DNA of 64,000 nucleotides, taken from the IMG/VR virus record IMGVR_UViG_2791354954_000001, positions 3,446 to 67,445 of that record; one strand, given 5' to 3'. The translations under genes and the position numbers were made by a program. The notes beneath the pieces are model-generated. The model was not told the origin of the DNA. It was given only the letters and a program-made list of their open reading frames with translations, and did not search any database. Below, in pieces: positions 36,909 to 46,569 of this stretch (position 1 is its first letter; every line of letters starts with the position of its first letter). Source of the DNA: a virus. Taxonomy: Duplodnaviria; Caudoviricetes.

Positions 36909-37348
36909 TGATCTGCTCCTAAAATTCGACTCTTCGCTACTTCAATTAACAGTTGATATTCCCGTTTGGTTTTCTCATCGTGTACTTCTGCTGATTTCGC
37001 TAAAAACTACTCTGTCGTGCCTGTAAAACATCCTCTTGTAACGATTAACCCGTCTTCACCGTTAAATACCGTAAGCGTACCGTTTTCTGACCCAACATTA
37101 CTCGCCCAGAAAATCATTTTTCGCTCGGAAACAATGGCGCAAGATCTAACCTCAGCGTCGCCATATACCCGAGCGTCGTCATATACCCAAGCGTTGCCGG
37201 ATTGATCTAAATTTTTCTCAGCTTCGATATAGCCGCCAAGCTCACCGGCGACTACCGCACCAAAAGAGATTAATGCTTTAATGCGGTATAACGTTCTGCC
37301 CAAATATTCTTTGGTATCGTCTTTCAATAGTTCATATTTTTTCATCAT
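36905..37348 (-). pseudogene. Phage beta-helix-repeat protein with internal TAG
   Basis: NAWVYDDARVYGDA repeats; frame continues past TAG 37007-37009 to 36905. Confidence 0.7.
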
Positions 37349-37396
37349 TTTTGTTTACCTATAAAAAAGCCCACGGTGAGGTGGGCGTTGTGATAA

Positions 37397-38008
37397 TTAA
37401 GGCTTTTCCGAAAGCTCATTTTGCGTGTTTTCTAACTCGGTAAGAAAAGCAATGACTTCAGTTTCAATTTCTATAATTGCTTGTTCATCTCGGGGGATAC
37501 GTGTGCAGAAGTAACTCAAATGTTCCGGAAGTCTGTCGTCAAAGCTAATAAAATCACACCACGCTCGCCCGGTACACGCCATTTGCCACTGCATTTGCTT
37601 GTAGCAGCGGTCGGCGGGCTTTTTCGTTCGGAGCGTGTCAATATGGGTAGCCGTATTAGGGCATTTGATTTCAATTAACCCGTCTTTACCCACTAAACCA
37701 TCGGGGCTTGCGCCGGCAAAATTAATGGTTGGGTGGTCGATAAAGCTGATTTGTTCAACAATTTCTCCCGTTTCGATTTGGTATCGGTTGCGAGCCTCCC
37801 CCTCAAGCTCATTACCTCGTTGCATTGCATCCGATTTATAGCTTTCAACCACTTTTCCGGTCAGTCGCTCACAAAGGAGTTGCATTAAATAGTTTTGGCG
37901 AGAGGTGGAATAACCGCTTTTTGTTTTTGCCATTAGGTCGGCAATGCGTGAAGCGGTTACTTTACCTTTGCGCTGCTCAAACCATTCCGGGCTACCTTGC
38001 TCAATCAT
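37397..38008 (-). CDS. exo: YqaJ / lambda-type exonuclease
   Basis: QGSPEW..R...TAS, ASPDG, IEIKCP, QMQWQM motifs. Confidence 0.92.
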   Translation of the reverse strand: MIEQGSPEWFEQRKGKVTASRIADLMAKTKSGYSTSRQNYLMQLLCERLTGKVVESYKSDAMQRGNELEGEARNRYQIETGEIVEQISFIDHPTINFAGASPDGLVGKDGLIEIKCPNTATHIDTLRTKKPADRCYKQMQWQMACTGRAWCDFISFDDRLPEHLSYFCTRIPRDEQAIIEIETEVIAFLTELENTQNELSEKP

Positions 38009-38784
38009 TGGCTTGCCTCCGTATATTGCGCATCTTGCATTGTGCCTTGTTGATATTGCTCGGCAAGCGCTTTAACCCGTGCAAGCTCTGCGGCCCCGAT
38101 AATTTGACGTTGTTCTTTTGTCAATGCCGTCCAGTGTTTCTGAAAGGCTTCAACACCTTGAGGGGCAATATTTTCAAGGGCAGAAACCAACATTTCATAA
38201 TCCTGATGTGAACTATCACCACTCGTTGCAGATTTTTGGGTAGGCGGTACGTTTTTTTGATTTTCAGTTTGTTGGTTTTCAGTAATACGCTCTGCTTCGT
38301 CCGGTTCGTAAATTCCGGAAAGACTGAACGCAACCCTTGCACATTGAATAGCTGCTTTGTGACGGAGCATACGTTTTGGGTATTTATTCCACGGGTCAGT
38401 ATTACGCTTACATTCGTCCAAATATTCGGTGACGATAGTGGGGCGTTGGCGATCTTTGCGGTAGATTTTGCAAGTGCAACTTTCGTTATCTTGTTCAAAT
38501 TCGATACCGTCAAATTGAGGATGTTTATTGATGATGGCGTACCAGCCATCCACGCCAACAATTGGGATAATCCCTCCACCCTTTGCAGGAAAGGCGTAGA
38601 TTTCATTTGTCCAAGGGTTCAGCTCATATTGATTGGCTACGACCAAAAGGGCTGTCATTTGGTCGGCGGTAACGTTTTGCCCTTTAAATGCAGTTGCCGT
38701 TAAGGTTTGGGCAAGGTTTTCACTTGATCCCATTTCAAAACGCTCGGCAAGTTTATGGGTTAAAGTTTGGAGTGCGGTTGTCAT
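38005..38784 (-). CDS. bet: Recombination protein Bet
   Basis: LNPWTNEIYAFP, IVGVDGW, PKRMLRHKA motifs. Confidence 0.92.
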   Translation of the reverse strand: MTTALQTLTHKLAERFEMGSSENLAQTLTATAFKGQNVTADQMTALLVVANQYELNPWTNEIYAFPAKGGGIIPIVGVDGWYAIINKHPQFDGIEFEQDNESCTCKIYRKDRQRPTIVTEYLDECKRNTDPWNKYPKRMLRHKAAIQCARVAFSLSGIYEPDEAERITENQQTENQKNVPPTQKSATSGDSSHQDYEMLVSALENIAPQGVEAFQKHWTALTKEQRQIIGAAELARVKALAEQYQQGTMQDAQYTEASQ

Positions 38785-38792
38785 TTTTCACC

Positions 38793-39074
38793 TCAATCAG
38801 GATAGTATTCATTTTCTTGGGATTTGAGAAAATCGGTGGCAAGTTTTTCTATTGCCTTATCTCTCAGTTCGTTATAATTCGCATCGCTACCAATAGCGAG
38901 CTAAAAGTTATCATCAGTACCCAGTAATTCGGTGAGTTCATCAAAATAATCACTTTCTTTACCGGAATCTTTTAAATCCTTATCGATATTTTCCTTTTGT
39001 TCCTCAAGAGCTAAATCCCAAGCAGCAAGGCTGTCTAAGTGTTCTTGATGGGCTGTGGCAAGGTGAGGGTTCAT
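38793..39074 (-). pseudogene. Acidic hypothetical gene with internal TAG
   Basis: Own translation MNPHLATAHQEH...DNF*LAIGSD...; TAG at 38901-38903. Confidence 0.6.
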
Positions 39075-39406
39075 TTTTTCACTCCTAAAGTGAGGTCAAT
39101 TTCTGCTTGTTTCTGTGCGGTGTAGTGGAGGAGTTCCTGTTCCACTTGTGGGGTTAAATTAGGCGGTAAACAAAGTCCGTTTTCATATACACCGCCTTTC
39201 AGTTCACAGCGGGTTTCATGGCTGATTTGTTCGCTGAGCTCGTGATTGTGCCAGTCTGTCGGGTTAGCGTAGGCAGGACGAAAAGCGATTAAAATCATCA
39301 CAGCCAGTAATGCGCCTACGGCAAGCCAACCGGCAGTACCTTTTAGAAAGTCTGTGAAGCTATTTTTTTCTTGGAAGAAAGCGTTTTTAGCGCGTTTTGG
39401 TTTCAT
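39071..39406 (-). CDS. Membrane-anchored or exported hypothetical protein
   Basis: Hydrophobic segment followed by AYA. Confidence 0.6.
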   Translation of the reverse strand: MKPKRAKNAFFQEKNSFTDFLKGTAGWLAVGALLAVMILIAFRPAYANPTDWHNHELSEQISHETRCELKGGVYENGLCLPPNLTPQVEQELLHYTAQKQAEIDLTLGVKK

Positions 39407-39415
39407 TTTGTTTCC

Positions 39416-40156
39416 TTATTGGATATTGAGCATTTGTTCTTTTGCTGTTTTGCAGCTATCTTTTTTAATTTCAAAACCATAAGAAGGGCGGTTGAGTTCG
39501 CGAGCGGCGCGAAGTGTGGAGGCGCTTCCTGCAACCGGATCAATCACAACATCTCCTTCATCAGTAAAGATTTCAATAAGACGCTTTAAGACTGCGACCG
39601 GCTTTTGGGTTGGGTGTAGTTTGGGGATTTCTTTTCTGTTATCTTTTTCCCACTGGAACCAGTTTTTGATCATCTTGCCGTTGTTGTTAAATTTAGGCAG
39701 TTTGTCACGGTATAAAATCAAGGCATATTCCGTTGCACCGACCACTTTCATATTGGCTTTTAGCACTTGTGGTGATGATGATTTGATAAAAACCGAAGGG
39801 ATGTGATTTTCAAAACCGTGCTGTTTGGCATAATCAATGACCATTGGGATTTGCTGGAATGCGCAAAACACAATCATACAAGGCGCTTTCCCCCGCTCTT
39901 TGGGTTCTTTAATCAGCATTTTTGAGCAAAAGTGCATAAATTCGGCAATGCGAAAATCCTTGTCGGTGTCAAAAAAGCTGCTGTTGGCTTTGTCGCTTTC
40001 ACCGTTTTTATTATTGCCATCTACATACCATTCAGGGCTTGAGGCATAGGCGTTATTGCCTAGGTTGTAGGGGATGTCAGCAATCACAAGTTGCGCCTTA
40101 GGGATGTGGTAGCGTTTGTAATTTTGGAAATGATCGTTAAATAATTCGGTTTTCAT
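39416..40156 (-). CDS. DNA methyltransferase (N4/N6, beta class)
   Basis: ADIPY, HPTQKP, DPVAGSAST motifs. Confidence 0.88.
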   Translation of the reverse strand: MKTELFNDHFQNYKRYHIPKAQLVIADIPYNLGNNAYASSPEWYVDGNNKNGESDKANSSFFDTDKDFRIAEFMHFCSKMLIKEPKERGKAPCMIVFCAFQQIPMVIDYAKQHGFENHIPSVFIKSSSPQVLKANMKVVGATEYALILYRDKLPKFNNNGKMIKNWFQWEKDNRKEIPKLHPTQKPVAVLKRLIEIFTDEGDVVIDPVAGSASTLRAARELNRPSYGFEIKKDSCKTAKEQMLNIQ

Positions 40157-40255
40157 TTTGTTTCCTTTTTAGTCGATTTACTGAATTTAGGGTGCAGACA
40201 ACCGCCACACGATTTTCACAGGGAAAAGTGCGGTCGGTTTTGGTTAAGTTTTAAA

Positions 40256-40918
40256 TTACTTGGTAGTTATTGGATTTTGGGTCGTAATTGTTGAGATGTG
40301 TTTTAGCACCCGCCAATTACTCTCATAGTCGTATTGAAAATCAGCCGTGAGGCGTTTCAGGAGCTTGTGAACTTCCCGAATGGTGTGTCTATATTCATAG
40401 GCTTGCCCGTAAATTGCACCGGAAAAATTTGAACCGATCGTTTCCATTGCTGGGTAAATCATTCGGCAGGTTTCCGTGCCGCGCAGAGCGATAAACCATA
40501 TCCACGGTAATAACTGAAGCTCGTGTTCGGTAAATTCAAACGTGAATTTCTTTTCAGGTTCGGGCAAAGCAAGCTGTTTCGGTTGATTTTTACTAATCAA
40601 GATTTTTTCGATTTGTTCGTCGCACCAAATAGCAAATTCAACATTTAGCCAACGGGCGAAAGCAACTGCCAATCTGCGGCGTAGCCAAGTGCCTTGTTGA
40701 GATAAATCTTTACCACCTTTGATTGTTTTTACGAAGTGGGATTTTCTCACTTCGGCTTTTTCACAAAGAGCATTGATATATTCTTCTGTGCTTGGTAAAC
40801 GTAACCAGTCAATCGGTTTTTTGTTGAAATGAGCGGCGATTGCAGTTGCATTAAGAAATGCGTCATCTTGGAAGAAAACTTGAGTACCATTGTAATCGGC
40901 AGAAATGATATTAGTCAT
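40256..40918 (-). CDS. KilA-N domain antirepressor (P22AR C-terminal-like)
   Basis: NATAIA..F.K...WLR, QGTW....A..FARWL...FAIWCD. Confidence 0.88.
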   Translation of the reverse strand: MTNIISADYNGTQVFFQDDAFLNATAIAAHFNKKPIDWLRLPSTEEYINALCEKAEVRKSHFVKTIKGGKDLSQQGTWLRRRLAVAFARWLNVEFAIWCDEQIEKILISKNQPKQLALPEPEKKFTFEFTEHELQLLPWIWFIALRGTETCRMIYPAMETIGSNFSGAIYGQAYEYRHTIREVHKLLKRLTADFQYDYESNWRVLKHISTITTQNPITTK

Positions 40919-40975
40919 TTTGATCGTCCTTTGAGATAAGCTTTAACACTCACCACCGCAGAGACCAATCATTGG

Positions 40976-41051
40976 TGGTGAACTGAACGGAATTGGTCTT
41001 ACCGCTCTCAAAGGTTCACGGCGTCCTTTCGGACTTCCATTCAGCTCACCA
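40976..41051 (-). ncRNA. C4-like antisense RNA, module 2
   Basis: TGGTGAGCTGAATGG/CCGTTCAGTTCACCA stem, GTCC-GAAA-GGAC hairpin, loops complementary to two box pairs. Confidence 0.78.
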
Positions 41052-41192
41052 TAGAGAACTTTTTCAGAAATTTCTGAAAAAGGTTGATTTGCTGTTTTGC
41101 AGATATAAAAAAACACGCTTTGAGGCGTGCTATCATCCGCCCTTTGAGATATTTCAGGAGACCAATCCCGACTTCCGTGTGGAAGTGTTTGA

Positions 41193-41221
41193 ATTATAGA
41201 GCGGTTATTTTTATTTGTAAA
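41193..41221 (-). promoter_or_regulatory. sigma70 promoter of module 2
   Basis: TTTACA-17 nt-TATAAT, followed by target boxes and terminator 41107-41129. Confidence 0.7.
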
Positions 41222-41419
41222 CTAGAATTTAAAATCAATTCCTGCTTGTTTTAAAATCCCATTGGCGGTATGTCTATTTTTGATAGTATAAGCCACAGGA
41301 AAGGTGTCATTAACTAGGGGACTAAACCAAATTTCGTGGCTGCCTTTTCCTTGTCTATATAAATAGCAACCTTGCTGTTTTAACACTTTGATGAGCCGAT
41401 CGTAGTAGCCACTTCCCAT
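41222..41419 (-). CDS. hicA: HicA family toxin
   Basis: RQGKGSHEIW..TANGILKQAG; start MGSGYY with GGAGA RBS. Confidence 0.85.
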   Translation of the reverse strand: MGSGYYDRLIKVLKQQGCYLYRQGKGSHEIWFSPLVNDTFPVAYTIKNRHTANGILKQAGIDFKF

Positions 41420-41420
41420 T

Positions 41421-42085
41421 TTACATCTCCAAGCGTTGATGTTCTGTGTGACTTTCTGTTTGAATAAACGAAATTCGGATATTATCGCTTTCTTTACCGT
41501 ACCCTTGTAATTCGTGCATTTCAGGGGCAATTTCCCAAACACGTTCTTGGAGTTCTTCGTAAGTTCTGCCCTCTGTAACAAGGCGTAACTTATCGCAAGT
41601 TCCAATCCAAGACGGGACATTGTCTTCAACATCGTACATCACTTCTACAAGATAAGGGGGATTGATACGATCTAATCGATTTTTTACTGACATAAATAAA
41701 TCCTCTATGGTTCTGCCAAAATATTCACCCGCTTTGGATAAGGCTTTTATGTACCAGTGTGAAAAGGTTCGTACTTGATATGCCGCATTGCGTAAGACAT
41801 CACTCTCAACATCGGTTAATTCGCTATAAGAGGTAACTAAGTTGCCTACAGCGTGAAAATGAATCACTGCACCAATTTCAGATTGCCCTATAATTCCAGA
41901 GGTTATATCGTGTTTATCACCGATGACATTTGGAATACCTTTTCATCTACAAAATAACGATGTGATGTTGGGAAAAAATCATAAAAAATGGTGGTTAAAT
42001 CTGATTTAGAAAAAAATAATTCGTCATTTTTTAAGATAAATCGTAACGGGAATTGTCCAAATTGTGCTGTGAATATTGATTTCAT
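41421..42085 (-). pseudogene. BRO-like N-domain fused to HicB-like (DUF1902-like) antitoxin, split by frameshift near 41940
   Basis: ORFs 41903-42085 and 41421-41867 join with one extra A; C-terminal LVTEGRTYEELQERV; antitoxin domain could still start at an internal Met. Confidence 0.6.
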
Positions 42086-42320
42086 TCTATTTTCCGCTCA
42101 ATATAAAAAAAGCCTACATTACTGTAAGCCACTGCGTATTATTCTATTTTTTAATTAACGACTTTCTGTTGAAAGTGGGAGTAGTTTAGAACAAAGGGCG
42201 GTGGGTGTCAATATTTCTGCGACTTATTTATCCACGCTCGCCAACGTGGTACACTTGCTTTGCGATCACAAGTAAAAAGGGCGACAAAAAGTGTTGCATA
42301 ATTTTTTTACTTAATTTGAG

Positions 42321-43145
42321 GTGACTATGTTTAGTTTTATTTTAAATTGTGTTAAACAAAACCATAATAAGGTGATTAAATTCTTCCAGGGTTTTTTAGC
42401 TGTTCTTGTATGTTTAGTTGGGGGGCTTGTTATTTTCAGTGAAATCTACGGTATTCCAGAAACAAAAATACAAGAATGGATTAAAGGCATTAATGTTTTT
42501 GTAATCATTATTAGTGTCGCTGTATTACTTATGTTATTTATTTCTTATTTATCCCCCAATGACTATAGCGATGACGAACACGTTATTTCTGGTAAATCAA
42601 TATTAGATATTGTTGATAATATGGAAGAAGCAATGGAAGAAACAGAAGAAGAAAAATTGCAAACATATGCTGAATATAAAACACAATGGACAACATCTCG
42701 AATTCTGAGTGCTATCAAGCAGCAGGAAAAGAAATCTATAATTAACTTGTTATTAGGTATTGTATTTAGCTTAACAGGTGCGCTTGTATTACTTTATCTG
42801 GCTCATTCTTTTAATTTTTCACCTAAGGATACGTTAGATTTTATTTCTAATTTCTTACCTAGGTTATCTTTTGTGCTGCTTATCGAAACTTTTGCTTATT
42901 TCTTTTTGCGATTATACAAAGATAATTTACAAGAAATAAAATATTGGAATGATGAACTAACAGCTATTGAACATCGTGTATTAGCTTTAAATCTGGCATT
43001 AAGAAAAAATGATGAGACTTTATGTCAAGATATTCTTAAAAGTTTTTCAAAATTTGAAAAAATAAATCATCAAATAGATAGTAGGGATAATTTAATCATT
43101 TCTCCTGATTATCTAATAAAGATAATTAAATTGATAAAGAAATAG
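42321..43145 (+). CDS. AT-rich multi-pass membrane protein (moron)
   Basis: About four TM segments; RLS..LLIE.FAYFFLRLYK..L.EIKY..ELT motif; opposite strand. Confidence 0.75.
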   Translation: MTMFSFILNCVKQNHNKVIKFFQGFLAVLVCLVGGLVIFSEIYGIPETKIQEWIKGINVFVIIISVAVLLMLFISYLSPNDYSDDEHVISGKSILDIVDNMEEAMEETEEEKLQTYAEYKTQWTTSRILSAIKQQEKKSIINLLLGIVFSLTGALVLLYLAHSFNFSPKDTLDFISNFLPRLSFVLLIETFAYFFLRLYKDNLQEIKYWNDELTAIEHRVLALNLALRKNDETLCQDILKSFSKFEKINHQIDSRDNLIISPDYLIKIIKLIKK

Positions 43146-43273
43146 CTATCTTTTAAATGTAAAAATCAATATTAATGCAAAAATGATTGTGATTGTTGAA
43201 ATAATGATCATTATAATTTTCTCCATAAAAAAGCCAACCTGTTACAGTGGGCGAATAATCTAATAAGGCGTTA

Positions 43274-43580
43274 TTAGTAAACGGTTAGTATTAAATCAGG
43301 AAAAGTTACTGTTTCATCAATTAACTCTTTAGCTGTTTTTTCTATACCGATACCCGAATACTCATCTCTTACGATGAATTTCTGATTTAAATCAATCTCA
43401 CCATACATTTTTTCTTTTAAAATTCTTTCACGATCTTGCTCATCAAAGAATTCGTGAACAATCTCTTCTACTGTATGTCCGGCATATATTTCCGTATCTT
43501 CGTCAATCCAAAATACTTTTTGTATTTTTTGAATATCTTTTATTGCATTGTCTATGCAATCAGCTAGGCTTCCATATCGA
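43274..43580 (-). pseudogene. Lambdoid hypothetical gene truncated at the 5' end by the junction
   Basis: ORF 43274-43615 begins inside P2 portal sequence. Confidence 0.5.
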
Positions 43581-43854
43581 ACTGGGTACGGGGCAAAAGT
43601 GCGGTCGTTTTGCAAGTAGAAAGTAAAATATTTTTCTTCACGGTGATCGCACTTTGATGATGAGATGACGCATTAATCGCCTTGGCGAGATAAGTCAAAT
43701 TAATGGGTGGATAATAATATTTTTGATACATCGCCACCGGCTCAAAGTAATTGAGGATTTCCGCCCGGTCAAGCACCGGAATGGGTTCGCCAAAACTAAA
43801 GGCTTCCGCTTTTGGATGAGAAAGTGCGGTCATTTTTTTACGTGATTTTTTCAT
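43564..43854 (-). pseudogene. P2-type portal Q, N-terminal fragment
   Basis: AFSFGEPIPVLD, YYYPPI, SHHQSAI..KKNIL motifs; only 96 aa. Confidence 0.85.
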
Positions 43855-43863
43855 TTATTTGTC

Positions 43864-45635
43864 CTATTCAAAAGTAAAAATCGTGGCTTGATTGCCGGCA
43901 ATATCAGCGCCAAAGCCGTAAGGTACATTTAAAATGCAGTTCATAATCGCCCACGATAAATCGCCGTGGCTTGCTTCTTCCGAACGGTCGGAAACGTAAG
44001 TAATTCTGCTCGTGCCGGTGGTGCGTTTTTTCACGGTCATAAAACTGGTGATAATTTCTTTGCCGTCAAATTTCAGGCGGCGTTTCTGAATAAGGTTTTG
44101 GGTTTTTAGCACCATTTCGTTTTTTAGCTCTGCGTTATAGTCCAGCCCTTGTGCCATTGGGTAAAATTTTCTTACCTCTTGATACACGCCCGACCCCATT
44201 TCCGTTTTATCAATCACAATGCGGGTGACGTTGTAATCATCACAAAATTGCTTAATCCGCCCTGCTTGGGTTTCATAATCCATTCCGTGAAAGGTTTGCC
44301 AATGCAGCACCCGATAATCCCCGCCTTCTACTTTTGGCGGGGCGACAAGGGCAAGGCGGCACGGTCGCCGGTAAAGGCAGGATCATAGCCCAACCACACC
44401 TCACGATTGCCAAAGGGACGCGCCCAAAATGGCTTGTAATCTTCCCATTCCTCAAGGCTATCCACCTGACATAACTGCAAATCGGCAAATTTAAAGGCGG
44501 CACTGTTATCATCGGCAAATTGACATAAAAATAACTGCTCAAATTCTTCCTTGCTATTTTCCGCAATCAAATCATCAATATTAAACAGATTGCACCCACC
44601 TTCCATTGCATCGTAAATGCTCACAATTTGTTTCCATTGGCGATCAGCACAGAGCTTGCCGGCACGTAAATTTTCGTGAGAAATATCAATATCAACCTTT
44701 TCAGTTTTTGCACGGTTGCGATTAAAGGCTTTGCCGGAAAAGAACGCATAGGCAGGGTGGGCAATGGTTGTGGGCGTAGAAAAATAGGTTTGGCGATACA
44801 TCTTTTGCGCCGCCATACCGCTTGCCACTTTGCGCATCACATCAAATTTTGGCACCCAAAAGATTTCGTCAAAATACAAATTGCCGTGGTAGGATTGCGC
44901 CGTAGCGGAATTCGTCCCCAGAAAAATCAACTCTGCCCCATTTGGCAGTTTGATCGTTTCTCCTTTCAAATCCACATCGGCGGTTTGTTTGGCATAATTG
45001 ACGATATAAGAGCGAAATTGCAATGCCTGCTTTTTACTGGCGGAAATAAAAATTTGGTTATGACCGGTTGTTAAGGCATCCACAAAGGCTTCGTGGGCAA
45101 AATAATAAGTCGCCCCAATCTGACGACTTTTCAAAATATTGCGAATGCGATGTTGCTTGGCTCTATGCCACACCCGTTGATAATCAAACATTCCTTCAAG
45201 AAAGCCATTAATCAACAATTCTTCTTGTTCTTGGCTAATTGCATTTGGCTCGGCTTTCTTGCGTTCGCCTTTGTTGCGATTGGCAAGTTTCGGGTTTAAA
45301 TCCACTTCATTGCCTTCGCCAAAGGAATATTTTTTCACTCGTGCCATACGTTCCATTTGGCGACCGAGTAAATCAATTTCTTTGTAATCTGCCCCGCTCT
45401 TATTTTCTTTCAGAATGAGCAAATTCAAACGGCTTTCAAGTGTTAGTTCGACACGCCCGACCGGTGCAAAATCGTCCCATTTTTCGCGCTCTTTCCAACT
45501 GGAAATAGTAGAAGTTGGAATGTTAAGTTGGCGCGCAATTTCAGCGATTTTATAACCGCTAAAATACATCACTTGCGCTTGGCGTTTGGTGTCTGCCGTG
45601 GTTTCTTGATTATGTTCCAGTTTATCCATATACAA
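43864..45635 (-). pseudogene. P2-type terminase ATPase P, frameshift near 44350
   Basis: LKSRQIGAT, YFDE, GYDP in first ORF; HGDLSWA in second; one base missing in ALALVAPP. Confidence 0.88.
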
Positions 45636-45660
45636 ATCTCAATCTGTTAAATTCTAGTTC

Positions 45661-45689
45661 TTGACATACGCCTATTTCAAGGGTAGGAT
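45661..45689 (+). promoter_or_regulatory. sigma70 promoter of module 3
   Basis: TTGACA-17 nt-TAGGAT. Confidence 0.75.
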
Positions 45690-45797
45690 TTGCTTCAAGG
45701 TCTCAAAAGCCTTATGTTCAACGGTAATTCACCCCGTCAGCGTGATTTTTTTGTATCCGCAAAAAAGTGCGGTCAAAAATAAATATTTTTTTTCAAT

Positions 45798-45875
45798 GGT
45801 CGGCAGTGCGAAGAATAAAACACCCGCAAGGGAAATAATTCCGCCTGATTGAACACAGGTTTTGAGCTGCCGACC
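45798..45875 (+). ncRNA. C4-like antisense RNA, module 3 (overlapped by Ash-like ORF)
   Basis: GGTCGGCAG/CTGCCGACC stem, CCC-GCAA-GGG hairpin, TTGAACA and TTTTGAG complementary to boxes at 45701-45721 and 45895-45914. Confidence 0.75.
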
Positions 45876-45914
45876 GCCCGAATATCGGGATTTCTCTCAA
45901 AAGGAAATGTTCAA

Positions 45915-46511
45915 ATGTCAAATTTAACCATTCTCAACACTTCAATTCATACTCTTGATAATCTTTACTCTTTAAATGATCTCCACGCTATCAGTGGAAA
46001 CAATTCAAAACACCGCCCAAATCAGTTTATTCGTCTTGAAACTACAAAAGATCTCATTAATGAAATTGAGACTGAAAATTTAAATGCGCCGATCTGCGCA
46101 ATTAAAACCTTACGAGGTACAACTGGCGGTACATACGCTTGCAAAGAACTCGTTATCGCTTACGCTGCGTGGATCAGCCCTACATTTCACCTTACTGTAC
46201 TCCGAGCGTTTTTAAATCAAATTGAGCCACAACAAAATCAACTCTTAACACCGGAACCCACGTACACACAATCTTTCTCTCAACAAGAGATACATCAGCT
46301 TGTTTGGTTACTCTTCAGCCACGAAAAAATGCGTTTTTTACTTGAACGCCTTTACAAGCCATTAGCCTTGTTGGATTCTTCAATCAGCCCGAATATTTAC
46401 GGCAATGTCACGGAATACAAACGGATTTATAAAGCCAATAAACCATTCATCAAAAAACTATTGGATAATCTTAAAACAGATAATCCTCAACAATGGCAAG
46501 CTCTCGCATAG
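45915..46511 (+). CDS. KilA-N domain antirepressor
   Basis: YSLNDLH, GTYACKELVIAYAAWISP motifs; start MSNLT with AAGGA RBS. Confidence 0.88.
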   Translation: MSNLTILNTSIHTLDNLYSLNDLHAISGNNSKHRPNQFIRLETTKDLINEIETENLNAPICAIKTLRGTTGGTYACKELVIAYAAWISPTFHLTVLRAFLNQIEPQQNQLLTPEPTYTQSFSQQEIHQLVWLLFSHEKMRFLLERLYKPLALLDSSISPNIYGNVTEYKRIYKANKPFIKKLLDNLKTDNPQQWQALA

Positions 46512-46569
46512 GTGTGAAAAGTCTTCCAGAATGGGCGCAATGATTGAACTCACTCAAATAGGAAAGACA

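Larger units (their letters stand above)
34402..43580 (-). mobile_element. Decaying lambdoid prophage left arm
   Basis: xis-like, Rha, exo, bet, methyltransferase and KilA-N genes; several lesions. Confidence 0.85.

Noticed and set aside
36905-39074. Amber recoding suggested by two in-frame TAG codons
   Set aside because: The contexts imply different original residues (probably Glu and Trp), other genes end normally in TAG, and neighbours carry frameshifts; decay is simpler.
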